Source of the DNA: an uncultured delta proteobacterium
GTDB taxonomy: Bacteria > Desulfobacterota > Binatia > UBA9968
NCBI GenBank assembly: GCA_963840855.1
Contig: CAWJBB010000087.1
Location: 64,001-128,000, forward strand
Direction: 5' to 3'
DNA: 64,000 bases
Part shown: piece after piece, positions 32,164 through 42,228 of the stretch
Position numbering within the stretch: the first letter of the stretch is position 1
Layout of the letters: the number at the start of each line of letters is the position of its first letter
Made by a program: the position numbers and the translations under genes
Notes under the pieces: generated by a model
Told to the model about the DNA's origin: nothing
Seen by the model: only the letters and a program-made list of their open reading frames with translations
Database searches by the model: none

Positions 32164-33237
32164 TCAGCGCTGGAATTGCTTTACAAACCCTTCGCGCAAA
32201 ATCTCTTCTACCATTGAATTATCGATGAACTCTTCCGGCTTGGCGTTCTTCGCGGCGGGGTTGGTCGAAGTCAGCAGCAAGGTCTTGATGTTTTCCGTCT
32301 CGACCCGCGTGACCAGGGGCAACGTGGTGGCTAGGTAGTTCTGGTATTCGGCCATCAGCTCGTCGTCACTGCTGCGAAAATAGCTTTTGAGCGCAGCTCG
32401 CGCTTTGAGCGGGTCTCTCTTGATGATGCTGACCGCCTCGATCTGCGCCTTGATAAACTGGATCATCGCGCGCCGGCGCTCTTTGACTTTCTTTTCCAGC
32501 GTGATCAGACCGGTGTACCATTTGACGTTGACATCTTCGGGCACCACCAGAGCTTTGAGCCCGCGTTTCCGATAGGCGACGTAATTTTCGTACGAGGCAA
32601 GCGCCGCATCGTATTGTCGGGTCACGACTCCGGTGAGAGCGGACGGTGTATCCCCGGCCGAGAGGATCGTCGGTTGTTTGGCGCCTTTATCGAGCCCATA
32701 TTTGGGGAAAAAGAAAGCGCGCAACATGTGCGCATAGCCCCCTCCAAGCCCAGGCACAGCAAACTTCCCGCCGCGCAACTGCTCCATGCTGGTGATTTCA
32801 GGGCGAACCAGTAGATGGGCATCGCTCCAGTCATTGAAGTTACTGACATATAAGACCGGCGTTCCGGAAAGTCGGGCATTAATCAAAGCAGGCCCCGAGG
32901 TACTGATGACATCCGCCTCGCCGCCCAGGAGCGCGGCAGTCGCGATGGTGCCGCTGCCGATGCGCACAATGGTCGCGTCAAGCCCATATTTTGGATAGAG
33001 GCCGAAGGATCCGGCCAGAACCGGAATCCCATGCCGGGTGCCCGTGCCGCCCAGAATACAGATAAACTTCTCCGCGGAGATCGCCTCTTGGGGATGCAAG
33101 TCGGGAATGAGAATAAGCAAGATAAACAACCAGCCCGCGCGAGCCCAATATCCTTGCGCTGGTACGTCATAAACATTTCTCCTCATGATTGACTTAGGAA
33201 CTTCAGCACACACGTCGGCGTTCGAAGCAAGCAACAA
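32164..33237 (-). CDS. NitT/TauT family ABC substrate-binding protein (start probably near 33186)
   Basis: Signal-like segment, YPKYGLD, AALLGGEAD, EQLRGGK, C-terminal FIDNSMVEEI. Confidence 0.8.
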   Translation of the reverse strand: MLLASNADVCAEVPKSIMRRNVYDVPAQGYWARAGWLFILLILIPDLHPQEAISAEKFICILGGTGTRHGIPVLAGSFGLYPKYGLDATIVRIGSGTIATAALLGGEADVISTSGPALINARLSGTPVLYVSNFNDWSDAHLLVRPEITSMEQLRGGKFAVPGLGGGYAHMLRAFFFPKYGLDKGAKQPTILSAGDTPSALTGVVTRQYDAALASYENYVAYRKRGLKALVVPEDVNVKWYTGLITLEKKVKERRRAMIQFIKAQIEAVSIIKRDPLKARAALKSYFRSSDDELMAEYQNYLATTLPLVTRVETENIKTLLLTSTNPAAKNAKPEEFIDNSMVEEILREGFVKQFQR

Positions 33238-33264
33238 AGAAGTTTTCTGCAGCGCGCTTGTGCC

Positions 33265-33645
33265 TCAGAGCTCCATTCGATACAACCGGTTGGCATTTTC
33301 CCGGCCGACTTTGCGCTTGATATCGGCACTCACTCCGGCGCCAATCCGCTCCATGGTCTGCTGGGAATAGGGCCATGTCGTGTTTCCATGGGGATAATCA
33401 CTCGCCCACATAAAATTGTCCGCGCCGAAAACCGGAGTTGTAAGCATCCCCGCGCGATCGTCCTGGAAAGTAAACCAAGCGTGGCGTTTCATGTAGTCGC
33501 CGGGCGCCATCTTCAGCTTGATATCCGAACCATAGGCCGTGGCGCGCCCATAACGGTAATTGGCCTGTTCATACATGATCGCGACCCAACCGACATCGTA
33601 TTCCGTGCAAACAACCTTGAGGTTGGGATGGCCAGGCCGTATCAT
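33265..33645 (-). pseudogene. C-terminal fragment of an Amidohydrolase_2 gene
   Basis: Begins at HPNLKVV and keeps MWASDYPH, but lacks the N-terminal DxH metal motif; no room upstream before the MFS gene. Confidence 0.75.
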
Positions 33646-33776
33646 CGAATCGGTTCAGGAATCAAGGTGAAGCATCAGAAAATTCGCGCGGACCCGCCCG
33701 GCTTTTTACCACGGGCCACGCAAAAGTGATTCGAATTGATCCGCAAACCGCCAGTCACTGTCGCATGCCGTTGTTT

Positions 33777-35064
33777 TCACGCCGCAATATTCTTGCCTGA
33801 ATGGATGTCCGCGGATTTGTCGTCCCAACGAAATTGCCAGATCGCCGGCACTTTCCAAGCGATGAAAAAAGTTACTGCTGATACCGCCAGCCCGCCTGCG
33901 ACCGTGGCCGCCGGCGCCCCGATTAACGGAATAAGCAGGCCAGATTGAACTTGTCCCAGCGGATGGAGCCCGCGATTGCTTAATTGAAAAACTCCCATCA
34001 CTCGGCCGCGAAATGTATCGGGAGTGGTCAATCTGCAGAATCGTGCCGCGCGATGCGCCCCAGATGGTGTCGGTCGCGCCAACAAGTCCCATGAGCAAAA
34101 GCGACAACAGGAATGACGGCGAAATACCGAAGAGGGCAAAACCTCCGCCATAAAGAAGCGCCGAGACGAAAAGAATTTTGCCTTGATACGGCCGTTGGCC
34201 GACACCGATGTAAATGCTGGAGCCGATGACGGCGCCGAGTCCGCGCGCGGATTGGAGCAGTCCAAAACCATGGGCGCCGACGCGCAGGATGTCACTGGCG
34301 AAGATGGTGAGCATCGTATGGTTCAGTCCGAATATGGACGCTACCGCTTCCATGGCCATCACGCCGAGAACGATGCGATGCGAGACGATATAGGAAAAGC
34401 CCTCGGTGGTTTCGCTGAGCAGGCTGCGCCGCTTGGAGCTGCCCTTGCGAAGTTACACGCATCATCCAGATGGCGACCACGACGGCGACGTAGCTTGCGG
34501 CATTGGCGTAAAAGGCGCCCGCGGTTCCCATCCAACTGATTGCCACGCCGGCAAGAAACGGGACCCAGGAGCGCCGAACCCTTCCACAACAAAGAATTGA
34601 GCGCTACGGCGTTGGGCAAGGCGGAGCGAGGGACTAGATTTGGATACAGCGCTTGGCGCGCCGGCCCATCGAAGGATCCGACCGAGGCATTGAGGAACGT
34701 GGAGAGCGTAAATATGCCAGGGTTCGATCCGGCCGGAATGATCCAGGACGGCGAGACCGAGTGCCAATAGTCCGGAGACGACTTCGGTCCAAAGCAAGAG
34801 CTTACGGCGGTCGTAACGGTCGGCGAAGGTGCCGCTGATGACGCCGAGGCCGATGGCGGGAACCGCGCGAAAGATTCCATTCAAGCCCAACAAGACGGGA
34901 GAGCCGGTAAGCTGGTACAGAAGCCAGTTCGTCGCCGTCATCTGCATCCAGGTGCCGATGTTAGAGATTAAATGGCCGGTCCAGAAGAGTCGAAAGTCGC
35001 GATAGCGCAGCGCGGCGAGCTTGCCGGATGGTTGCGCGTCGGAACCGGTGGAGTCGTCGGTCAT
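33777..35064 (-). CDS. MFS transporter (H+ antiporter/MFS_3-like), multiple frameshifts
   Basis: ALRYRDFRLFW, ISNIGTWMQ, GTFADRYDRR, FRGRVMG spread over four overlapping ORFs. Confidence 0.8.
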
Positions 35065-35104
35065 GGAGAGAGTGTTCTACATCAAATGTGCGTGGGGCCG
35101 ATAC

Positions 35105-35211
35105 GTCATGCCCGCCCTTCGGCTACTCAGGATAAACTCCGGCGGGCATCCAGGTTCGTTCTATAGGGATTAGCACGAAAAGACTGGATTCCCGCGTTCG
35201 CAGGAATGACG
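35105..35211. repeat. REP-like composite element
   Basis: GTCATGCCCGCCCTTCGGCTACTCAGGATAAACTCCGGCGGGCATCCAG ... CTGGATTCCCGCGTTCGCAGGAATGAC. Confidence 0.75.
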
Positions 35212-35273
35212 AACGAGGGTTAGCGACTTACGGTCGATAATCTCAGAGCGTGCAGTGATACTCGAACTCGACG

Positions 35274-36176
35274 TCAACTCATTTCCCAATACGCAAAGCC
35301 CATGGCGCAGCCGACGCCGGTCCGGGTGCGATAGAGGGGAAGGTAATCGACGACTTGGCCGTTGCGGTCCGCCGCGCCGGCGATGACGATCCAATTTAAA
35401 ATTTCCGATGTGCCTTCGCGGAACACCGACGCGGGCATCGCGCTCATATATGCCGTGTCGTTGCTTTTGAGGGCTTGGAGAAACTGTTCATCCAACGCCT
35501 CATCGATCTTTGTGTGGCTCAGACCACCGGAAGCGGCGATGACGACCCGGTCGTCGCTCGGATATTGGCGAATGATCGACGCAAGGGCTTGTCCGAATTG
35601 CAAGCACCGCTTCGCCGACGGCGCCGGTGGATAGTACGTATTCACCATAACCGGAATCAGACGGCAGTCAGCGTCGGGCACGAGAAACTTGAGCACTCGG
35701 GCGAAGGCATGACCGAGGCCGCCGTCGTAACGAGTTTTTTTGGAATAGGAAGGGTCGAAGCCGTGATCCATGAGTCCGGTGATCAAGGCCTCGGCCAGTT
35801 TGGCATCGATTCGGTACTTTGTGCGGTTTTCGGATCGTGACTGTTTGAGATAGCGCAAGCTCACGCTCGCTTCCGCTTCCTCGCCCATATAGATCATAAA
35901 CGGCGGCATGTTGTCGTCGACGAGATTTTCATGCTGGTCATCGCCGACGACGATCAGAACGTCCGGCCGCAGGCTCTCGATGCGCGCGCGCAACTTCTCG
36001 ATGGCGGAGATGCAGCCGCGCCATTTGGTCCACTTGAGGTCGTCGGTTTCGTTCTCGAGCCCCGGCTTGTCCGGCAGGTTCTCGCTCTGGCGATTCTGCA
36101 ACAGATGCCAGTTTCCAGGATCGAGCATCAATTGTGGAGCGTGGGACATAGCCACGCAGCCGACTAGGTTGGCCAT
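35274..36176 (-). CDS. LigB-family (class III) extradiol ring-cleavage dioxygenase-like protein
   Basis: MSHAP, GDDQHE, GHAF, IAASGGLSH, GTSEILNW. Confidence 0.85.
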   Translation of the reverse strand: MANLVGCVAMSHAPQLMLDPGNWHLLQNRQSENLPDKPGLENETDDLKWTKWRGCISAIEKLRARIESLRPDVLIVVGDDQHENLVDDNMPPFMIYMGEEAEASVSLRYLKQSRSENRTKYRIDAKLAEALITGLMDHGFDPSYSKKTRYDGGLGHAFARVLKFLVPDADCRLIPVMVNTYYPPAPSAKRCLQFGQALASIIRQYPSDDRVVIAASGGLSHTKIDEALDEQFLQALKSNDTAYMSAMPASVFREGTSEILNWIVIAGAADRNGQVVDYLPLYRTRTGVGCAMGFAYWEMS

Positions 36177-36185
36177 AAAATGTAG

Positions 36186-36284
36186 TTTCAGGTTTCAGCG
36201 TTCAGGTTTCGGGTGTCGAGAATCAGGTGTGCAGACTTGAGTTCCTAATCCGCACTGAAGCCCGAAACCTGACACCTGAAACCT
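36186..36284. repeat. Heptamer (TTTCAGG / CCTGAAA) inverted repeat array
   Basis: GTTTCAGGTTTCAGCGTTCAGGTTTCGGG ... CCCGAAACCTGACACCTGAAACC. Confidence 0.8.
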
Positions 36285-36292
36285 AGTCTCGC

Positions 36293-37336
36293 TTACGCGT
36301 GGGCGGCTTTCATGTCACTCAGTTCGGGTACTCTTGCGTCGATCTTGAACCAGCTTGCGCCACTGTCTTCGCTGGCGAATAAATTGCCGTTGCGCTGGGC
36401 CGCGAACATCCGGTCGGGGTTGGACGGCTCGAAGGCAAAGGCTTCCACAAAGCTCTGGTTGGCTTGTGAAACTGCATTGTCAAGCTTCTTCCAGCTCTTG
36501 CCGCTATCGGTGGATTGAATCAAGAACGCTTCGGCGCCGCTGGGACGCTTTCTCCATTGGCCGGGCTGGCCGTTGGCCACCGCGGAGTAAATCACATTCG
36601 ACTTCTTCGGGTGAATCGTCAGCGGCACCGAGTATTCTTCTTTGAATTCGGCCGCCATCGGCGCCCAGTTTTTGCCGCCGTCTTCGCTTGAGTACAGGGC
36701 GCGCCCCGGCGCTGTCCCCGCCCGGCAGTCGTGCCCGCCAGTGGCGATAAAGATCCTGTTGCTATCCTCCGGATGCAACACAATGGTGTGCACGTCGCAG
36801 TCGAGATTCTTGTTCAGCAGTTCCCAATTTTTGCCGCCGTCGGTGGTTTTGAGCATATAGCCTACTTGCAGCGCGACGTACATCGTCTGCGGATCTCCGG
36901 CGTCGATGGTGATATCGCGCACGTGAGGTTCCACGACCGCGACCGGATAGGTGATGGTCGACACCCATGGAATGTTCCAGATGGAATCGAGCCGGTCCCA
37001 GCTCTTGGCGCCATCGCGGCTGATGAAAACGTCGATGGGCTCGGTGCCCGCATAGAGCGTGTTCGGATCGATGGGATCGAAACTGAGGCAACGCACCTTG
37101 CCTGGGCCGCGCTTGCCGTAGCTCGGTTTTTTCCAGGTGGCGCCGAAGTCTTCGCTGAGCCAGACGCCGTCGCCTCGGGTGCCGGCGAAAACTTTATTCG
37201 GCGCAGACGGCGACACCGCGACTTCCGGCACTTGCCAGTCCTTGAGCCCGTGGTTCTCCATTTTCCAAGCGCGGCCGTCTTCGCTTTTTAACGTGACGAC
37301 GCCTTCATCCGTTCCAAGATATAAGATCGATGCCAT
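36293..37336 (-). CDS. BNR/Asp-box repeat beta-propeller protein
   Basis: Repeated SxDGGxxW motifs; no signal peptide. Confidence 0.8.
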   Translation of the reverse strand: MASILYLGTDEGVVTLKSEDGRAWKMENHGLKDWQVPEVAVSPSAPNKVFAGTRGDGVWLSEDFGATWKKPSYGKRGPGKVRCLSFDPIDPNTLYAGTEPIDVFISRDGAKSWDRLDSIWNIPWVSTITYPVAVVEPHVRDITIDAGDPQTMYVALQVGYMLKTTDGGKNWELLNKNLDCDVHTIVLHPEDSNRIFIATGGHDCRAGTAPGRALYSSEDGGKNWAPMAAEFKEEYSVPLTIHPKKSNVIYSAVANGQPGQWRKRPSGAEAFLIQSTDSGKSWKKLDNAVSQANQSFVEAFAFEPSNPDRMFAAQRNGNLFASEDSGASWFKIDARVPELSDMKAAHA

Positions 37337-37627
37337 GGCGATGTCCTCCTTTTTGATCGTGCTCGAATCTACTACAGAACTCCCCGCGCGGACAAGCCCA
37401 CTCGGACTGTTCAAAGTTCAAGGTTCAAAGGGCTACGCCCGTTCAAAGTTCAACGTTCAAGGTTCAATGTATCGGATCGGAGCGCTGGCGCTAGCAGCTT
37501 GCTGAAGCTGATATTTGCAGGCTGCTCAAAAGGATTCAGAGGCGCGCGGTTTTCGTGTCCGTGTTCGTGGCTCGTGTTCGTGAATTCTCGTCCTGCGACC
37601 ACGAGCACGAGAAACGAGCACGATTCT

Positions 37628-38578
37628 CTAATAGCCGAGTTCCTTGTCGACTAGATTGCGCAGGGGTTCGCCGGCGATGAAGCGGCGCAGGTTTTCTCTG
37701 AAGATCGGCAACAGCGCCGGCCATTTTTGGCTCGTGATGCCGGCGATGCGCGGCGAGATTATGACGTTGGGTAGGCTCCACAATTCCGAGTCTTCGGGCA
37801 ACGGTTGTCTGGCGAAAGCATCCAGAGCCGCGCCGGCGATCCATTGCTCTTTTAGTGCGCGAACGAGCAGAGGCTCGTCTATGGCTTTGCCGCCGCTGAG
37901 GTTGATCAAGTACGCGTTTTTTTTCATCAGGCGCAATTCCGGCTCACGGATGATGTTGAACGTCGACGGGACGGAAGCGAGCAATAATACGACGAAGTCT
38001 GATTCACGCAATAGACGCGGCAGCATCTCAGGCGTGCCCAGCTCGTCGACGAACTCCGGTTTTTCCATGGGCGTACGTTTGGTGGCGATAACGCGCATGC
38101 CCAACGCCTTGGCTTTGCGCGCCAGATCCGTGCCGGCGACGCCCAAGCCGACGATGCCGATGGTTTGTCCGTCCACCTCCACGGGCTGAAGCCTTTGCCA
38201 TTTCCGTTGTTTTTGCGCGTCAATGCATTCCGGCAGTTTCTTTGCCACCATGAGAATGCAGGCCAGGGCAAACTCGGAGAAGACCGTGCCGTGGATTCCT
38301 TTCGACCCGGTGACTTGAATTGGGCGTTCTTTCACCGCAGGGGTGAGATAAGCACTGACGCCGCCGCGCGTGACGTGCAGCCATTTTAGTCGAGGCATCC
38401 GTTGCACAAGTTCATCGGGCAGCGGTTCTTCGGTGAAAACGGCGTCGATTTCGCGGCGCCACTCCGGGTCAATGGAGGTATCGTCGCCCTGGCGCAAATC
38501 GCACGCCGGAACGTCGTGCTTGATCGACTCCAAGGCATTTTCGGGGAGGGTCACACGCAGCCAGATTTTGTGACTCAT
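37628..38578 (-). CDS. D-2-hydroxyacid dehydrogenase family protein
   Basis: IGIVGLGVAG, AGAALDAF, PNVIISPRIAG (catalytic His position reads Arg). Confidence 0.85.
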   Translation of the reverse strand: MSHKIWLRVTLPENALESIKHDVPACDLRQGDDTSIDPEWRREIDAVFTEEPLPDELVQRMPRLKWLHVTRGGVSAYLTPAVKERPIQVTGSKGIHGTVFSEFALACILMVAKKLPECIDAQKQRKWQRLQPVEVDGQTIGIVGLGVAGTDLARKAKALGMRVIATKRTPMEKPEFVDELGTPEMLPRLLRESDFVVLLLASVPSTFNIIREPELRLMKKNAYLINLSGGKAIDEPLLVRALKEQWIAGAALDAFARQPLPEDSELWSLPNVIISPRIAGITSQKWPALLPIFRENLRRFIAGEPLRNLVDKELGY

Positions 38579-38766
38579 GGCGACTCTCGTATAGCAACGA
38601 CCCATGGCTGTCAATCGACAGATTCGTTGACGGTGGGTTATCCGCGTGTTACTAAGCCAGTAATCTCGGCAGGGAGAACGACGATTAAGAATCCAAAATC
38701 GAAAATCTCAAGCCGCGGCCGGTCGAAGGCATTCGAACGCTGAAAAAGGGGAGGTCTGGTAACGCC

Positions 38767-39771
38767 TTGATTCGGAGCTTGTTAATCGCTGTGCTCCTTC
38801 TGCTTGCCGCACCTTTCGCTGCCATCGCCCAAGACAAAAAGCTCGACTCCTTCACGATCTCTTTCGCGTCGGTGTCCGGGACTCGGGCGCCGCTCTGGAT
38901 TGCCAAAGACCTGGGGCTTTTTGAGAAGTATGGTTTGGACGGCAACCTGGTGTACATCGCCTCCGGCGTGACTTCAGTGAACGCGTTGCTCGGCGGCAGC
39001 GTCGATATTATCGCCGCCTCGGGCTCATCGGCGGTGGGCGCGGCCGCGCGCGGCGCGCCGCTGGTCATCATTGCCGGCCTGGGACATATCGCCTATAAAC
39101 TTATCGCTCACCCATCAATCACCACCGTCCAGGGACTAAGAGGAAAAATCATCGGCTCAAGCCGGATCGGCGCGGGGACGGATTTCGCGCTGCAGCGGCT
39201 TCTTCCCAGGCTCGGATTGACGCCGGGGAAAGACGTCACTTTGCTCCCCACCGGCATCAGCGAGTCCGACCGCCGCCTGCTCATGCTCGTGCAAGGCAAG
39301 ATCGATGCGACGTTGGGCACGGAAGATAATTTGCTCCAGTTGGCCGCGCGCGGGATGAAATTTTCGGTGCTCGCCGATGTCTACGAAGCCGGCGTGTACA
39401 CCACCGGCAGCGACATCGCGACCAGCCGCCAGTTGTTCAAACAAAAACCGCGGCAACTGAAAGCTTTTCTCATGGCCATCAGCGAGGGGATCTACATCGG
39501 CCGGACGCAAAAAGAGCAGGCTTACCGTGTTTATCGCAAGTATTTGAAAGTCGATGACCCCAAGATGTTGGAATCGATGTACAAAAATTATCTGCTCGGC
39601 TCCATTCCCGCGCGGCCCTTTCCCAAGGAAGAAGCGATTCAAAACGACATAGAGGATCTCAGCCACAGTTATGCTCACCTCAAGGGACGGAAGGCCGGCG
39701 AGTTTCTCGATATCTCTCTGCTCAAGAGTTTGGAAGACGAAGGTTTCTTCAAGAAATTTTACGGCAAGTAA
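38767..39771 (+). CDS. NitT/TauT family ABC substrate-binding protein
   Basis: Signal peptide, LWIAKDLGLFEKYGLD, LRGKIIG. Confidence 0.85.
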   Translation: MIRSLLIAVLLLLAAPFAAIAQDKKLDSFTISFASVSGTRAPLWIAKDLGLFEKYGLDGNLVYIASGVTSVNALLGGSVDIIAASGSSAVGAAARGAPLVIIAGLGHIAYKLIAHPSITTVQGLRGKIIGSSRIGAGTDFALQRLLPRLGLTPGKDVTLLPTGISESDRRLLMLVQGKIDATLGTEDNLLQLAARGMKFSVLADVYEAGVYTTGSDIATSRQLFKQKPRQLKAFLMAISEGIYIGRTQKEQAYRVYRKYLKVDDPKMLESMYKNYLLGSIPARPFPKEEAIQNDIEDLSHSYAHLKGRKAGEFLDISLLKSLEDEGFFKKFYGK

Positions 39772-39794
39772 GACGGCAAACAGTCAGGCGACGT

Positions 39795-40199
39795 TTGAGC
39801 AAGAATAAGCCGCGAATCATTCGTTACGAACTTCCCGGCGCTTGGGATTTGCTGGTCGGCGCGACGGACGCCGGCAACGATTATCTCAGCATGACTCTCG
39901 CTGAACCCGACGATTGGTGGTTCCACGCCGACGGCGTGCCCGGAAGTCACGTTATTCTGCGGGCAAAGCCGGATGAAGAGCCGAGTAGAGAAACACTGCG
40001 CCAGGCCGCGGCGGTGGCCGCCTATCACAGTAAATCACGCGGCGCCGGCGCGGCAAAAGTCCATTGCACGCGAGCGCGGCATGTAACCAAACCGCGCGGC
40101 GTAAAAACCGGAACCGTTCATGTGTCCGAGGGCAAGGCACTCAAGGTCTATCCGAGCATCGATTGCGCGGCTAGAGTGACGAAAGCGCAGCCAGATTAG
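39795..40199 (+). CDS. Stand-alone NFACT-R (DUF814) RNA-binding domain protein
   Basis: DDWWFHADGVPGSHV, AAAVAAYHS, VTKPRG. Confidence 0.8.
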   Translation: MSKNKPRIIRYELPGAWDLLVGATDAGNDYLSMTLAEPDDWWFHADGVPGSHVILRAKPDEEPSRETLRQAAAVAAYHSKSRGAGAAKVHCTRARHVTKPRGVKTGTVHVSEGKALKVYPSIDCAARVTKAQPD

Positions 40200-40213
40200 G
40201 AGCGTCACCTGTC

Positions 40214-41128
40214 ATGCAGAGCGTTACACTTGCGTATCGAGACGTTGACCGGTTGCCCGTGATCTGCGCCATACGCGCGATGGCGAGGCGGCACTATGAT
40301 GTCGATGTTCGCGTCGTTCGTATTGCTGACGAAGGCGCCTTTGAAGCGGCGCTTTTCGACGGCTCGGCCGACGTTCTCATCGAACACCTTGAATTCCTCT
40401 ACGAAGAAGCCGCCAAGGGTAAGAAAATCACCATGTTCTGCGCCCCGAGTAAAGGCGGCGGCTTGCATCTCGTCGTGCCGCGCCATGTGCGCGCGGTGCA
40501 GGAATTCAGGGGCAAGACCATGGCCGTACGCACTTCCGGCCAACCTCACGCCGTGACCCTTTGGCTAAGGATGATGGGCCTGGAGAAAGACGTCGCGACG
40601 GTGATGGTTTCAGACGGCGAAATCGGCCGGTGGGGGCAATGGAAAAAAGTAGCGAGCGGCGAGTGCGTCGCAACGTTTATGTCGCCGCTTTATCTGCCGG
40701 ACGCGCTGGCGGCCGGATTAAATGTTCTGCCGGTGCCTGAAATCCCCATCGTCGGCCAGTTCGCCCAGGCGTGCATTTCGAGCTTCGCGCGGGGAAATTC
40801 CGAGCTCATGCGCAATTACGTCAAGGCGGTTTTGCATGCCCTGGCATGGCTGATCAAGCGGCCGGCTGAGGCCTACGCCGCGCTGCAACCGGAATTGCAG
40901 CCGCAGATGAAAGTCCCTGACGATGCCGAACTCAAACGACGCTTCGACTCGATTGTCGCCGGCATCAAGGCAAAGCCTTTTCCGACCCCCGCAGCCGTCG
41001 CCAATACCTACGAGATTGCGACGCTTGAATATCTCGGCGCGAAGGGGCTCAATCCCTTGTCACTGTGGGACCTCCATTGGGTGAAGGAGCTGGATGACGA
41101 AGGGTTTATTGACGCTCTGCCCGGGTAA
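40214..41128 (+). CDS. Substrate-binding-fold protein without signal peptide; paralog of 1344..2284
   Basis: EFRGKTMA; C-terminal LWDLHWVKELDDEGFID. Confidence 0.7.
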   Translation: MQSVTLAYRDVDRLPVICAIRAMARRHYDVDVRVVRIADEGAFEAALFDGSADVLIEHLEFLYEEAAKGKKITMFCAPSKGGGLHLVVPRHVRAVQEFRGKTMAVRTSGQPHAVTLWLRMMGLEKDVATVMVSDGEIGRWGQWKKVASGECVATFMSPLYLPDALAAGLNVLPVPEIPIVGQFAQACISSFARGNSELMRNYVKAVLHALAWLIKRPAEAYAALQPELQPQMKVPDDAELKRRFDSIVAGIKAKPFPTPAAVANTYEIATLEYLGAKGLNPLSLWDLHWVKELDDEGFIDALPG

Positions 41129-41205
41129 CCGCCGCAGCGTCGAGAGTGGTTTGGCGCGGCGGCGAAAAGAGGTAAGCTCCCAATCAGTCCAAGAAGGAAA
41201 TAGTC

Positions 41206-42207
41206 GTGGCGCGAAAGCTTTCACTGTTTCTATCCACGTTACTTTTTCTGGTATGCGCGTCGGGCATATCGGCTCGGGAAGCGACTAAAGTGCCATTTCC
41301 CTATACGCCCATCGGGGTGGCGAGCCTGCCGTGGTGGATCGCCAAAGAAGCGCGCTTGTTCGAAAAGTACGGCCTCGACGTCGATATGGTTTATGTCGGC
41401 GCCTCTCCTGTGATCATGCAAGCCATGCTCGGCGGCCAGGCGATCATCGGCGCCGGCGGCGGCCCGCCGCTGGTGACCAATGTGCTCCAGGGCGGCGACA
41501 TCGTTCAAGTGGCGACCACGACTCCTTACGCCATTCAATCATTGATCGTGAAACCGGAGATCAAGACGCCCGCGGATCTTGCGGGCAAGAAGATCGGCAT
41601 CAGCCGGCTCGGTGCGATCCCGCATTTTACTTTGCAAGCGATCGTGAAACTTTACAATGTCCAGGGTGTCAACGTCGTCCAGACCGGCACGACGGCGCAA
41701 GGCGTGACGAGTCTTTCCCAGGGATTGATCGACGGCGTGATTACCTCGGCGCCGAATACCTTCCGCCTGGTGAAAGACGGGTACCGCGAGATCGTAAGCC
41801 CCAAGGACTTCAAGAAAGCCGGAGTTGAGTTTTTGATCAACGGTCTCGTCGCGCGCAAGTCATTGGCGGCGAAAAACCGCGAAATTATTATCGGTATGAT
41901 CAAGGCGACCATGGAAGGAACCAAGCAGATGTTCGGCAACGAAATACAGGCCAAGGCGGCGCTGGCGAAGTACACGCGCCAGAAGGAAGTTGAAGTTCTC
42001 GACCAGAGCTACCGCTTCGCTCTCGATATTTTCGTCAAGGATCCCACGGTGATGCCGGGCTCGATCCAACCCATTGTGCAGCAATCGGCGCAGTGGAACT
42101 TGATCGAGGCCAAGGCGGCGAACAGTACGCCGCTCTCCGCCTATTACGACAACAGCTACGTGGATGAAATAAAACGGTCGGGATTTCTCGCCGAACTGTG
42201 GAAGTGA
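41206..42207 (+). CDS. NitT/TauT family ABC substrate-binding protein
   Basis: Signal peptide, WIAKEARLFEKYGLD, DLAGKKIG. Confidence 0.85.
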   Translation: MARKLSLFLSTLLFLVCASGISAREATKVPFPYTPIGVASLPWWIAKEARLFEKYGLDVDMVYVGASPVIMQAMLGGQAIIGAGGGPPLVTNVLQGGDIVQVATTTPYAIQSLIVKPEIKTPADLAGKKIGISRLGAIPHFTLQAIVKLYNVQGVNVVQTGTTAQGVTSLSQGLIDGVITSAPNTFRLVKDGYREIVSPKDFKKAGVEFLINGLVARKSLAAKNREIIIGMIKATMEGTKQMFGNEIQAKAALAKYTRQKEVEVLDQSYRFALDIFVKDPTVMPGSIQPIVQQSAQWNLIEAKAANSTPLSAYYDNSYVDEIKRSGFLAELWK

Positions 42208-42228
42208 GCGGAGCCCAAGGGAAGGAGG

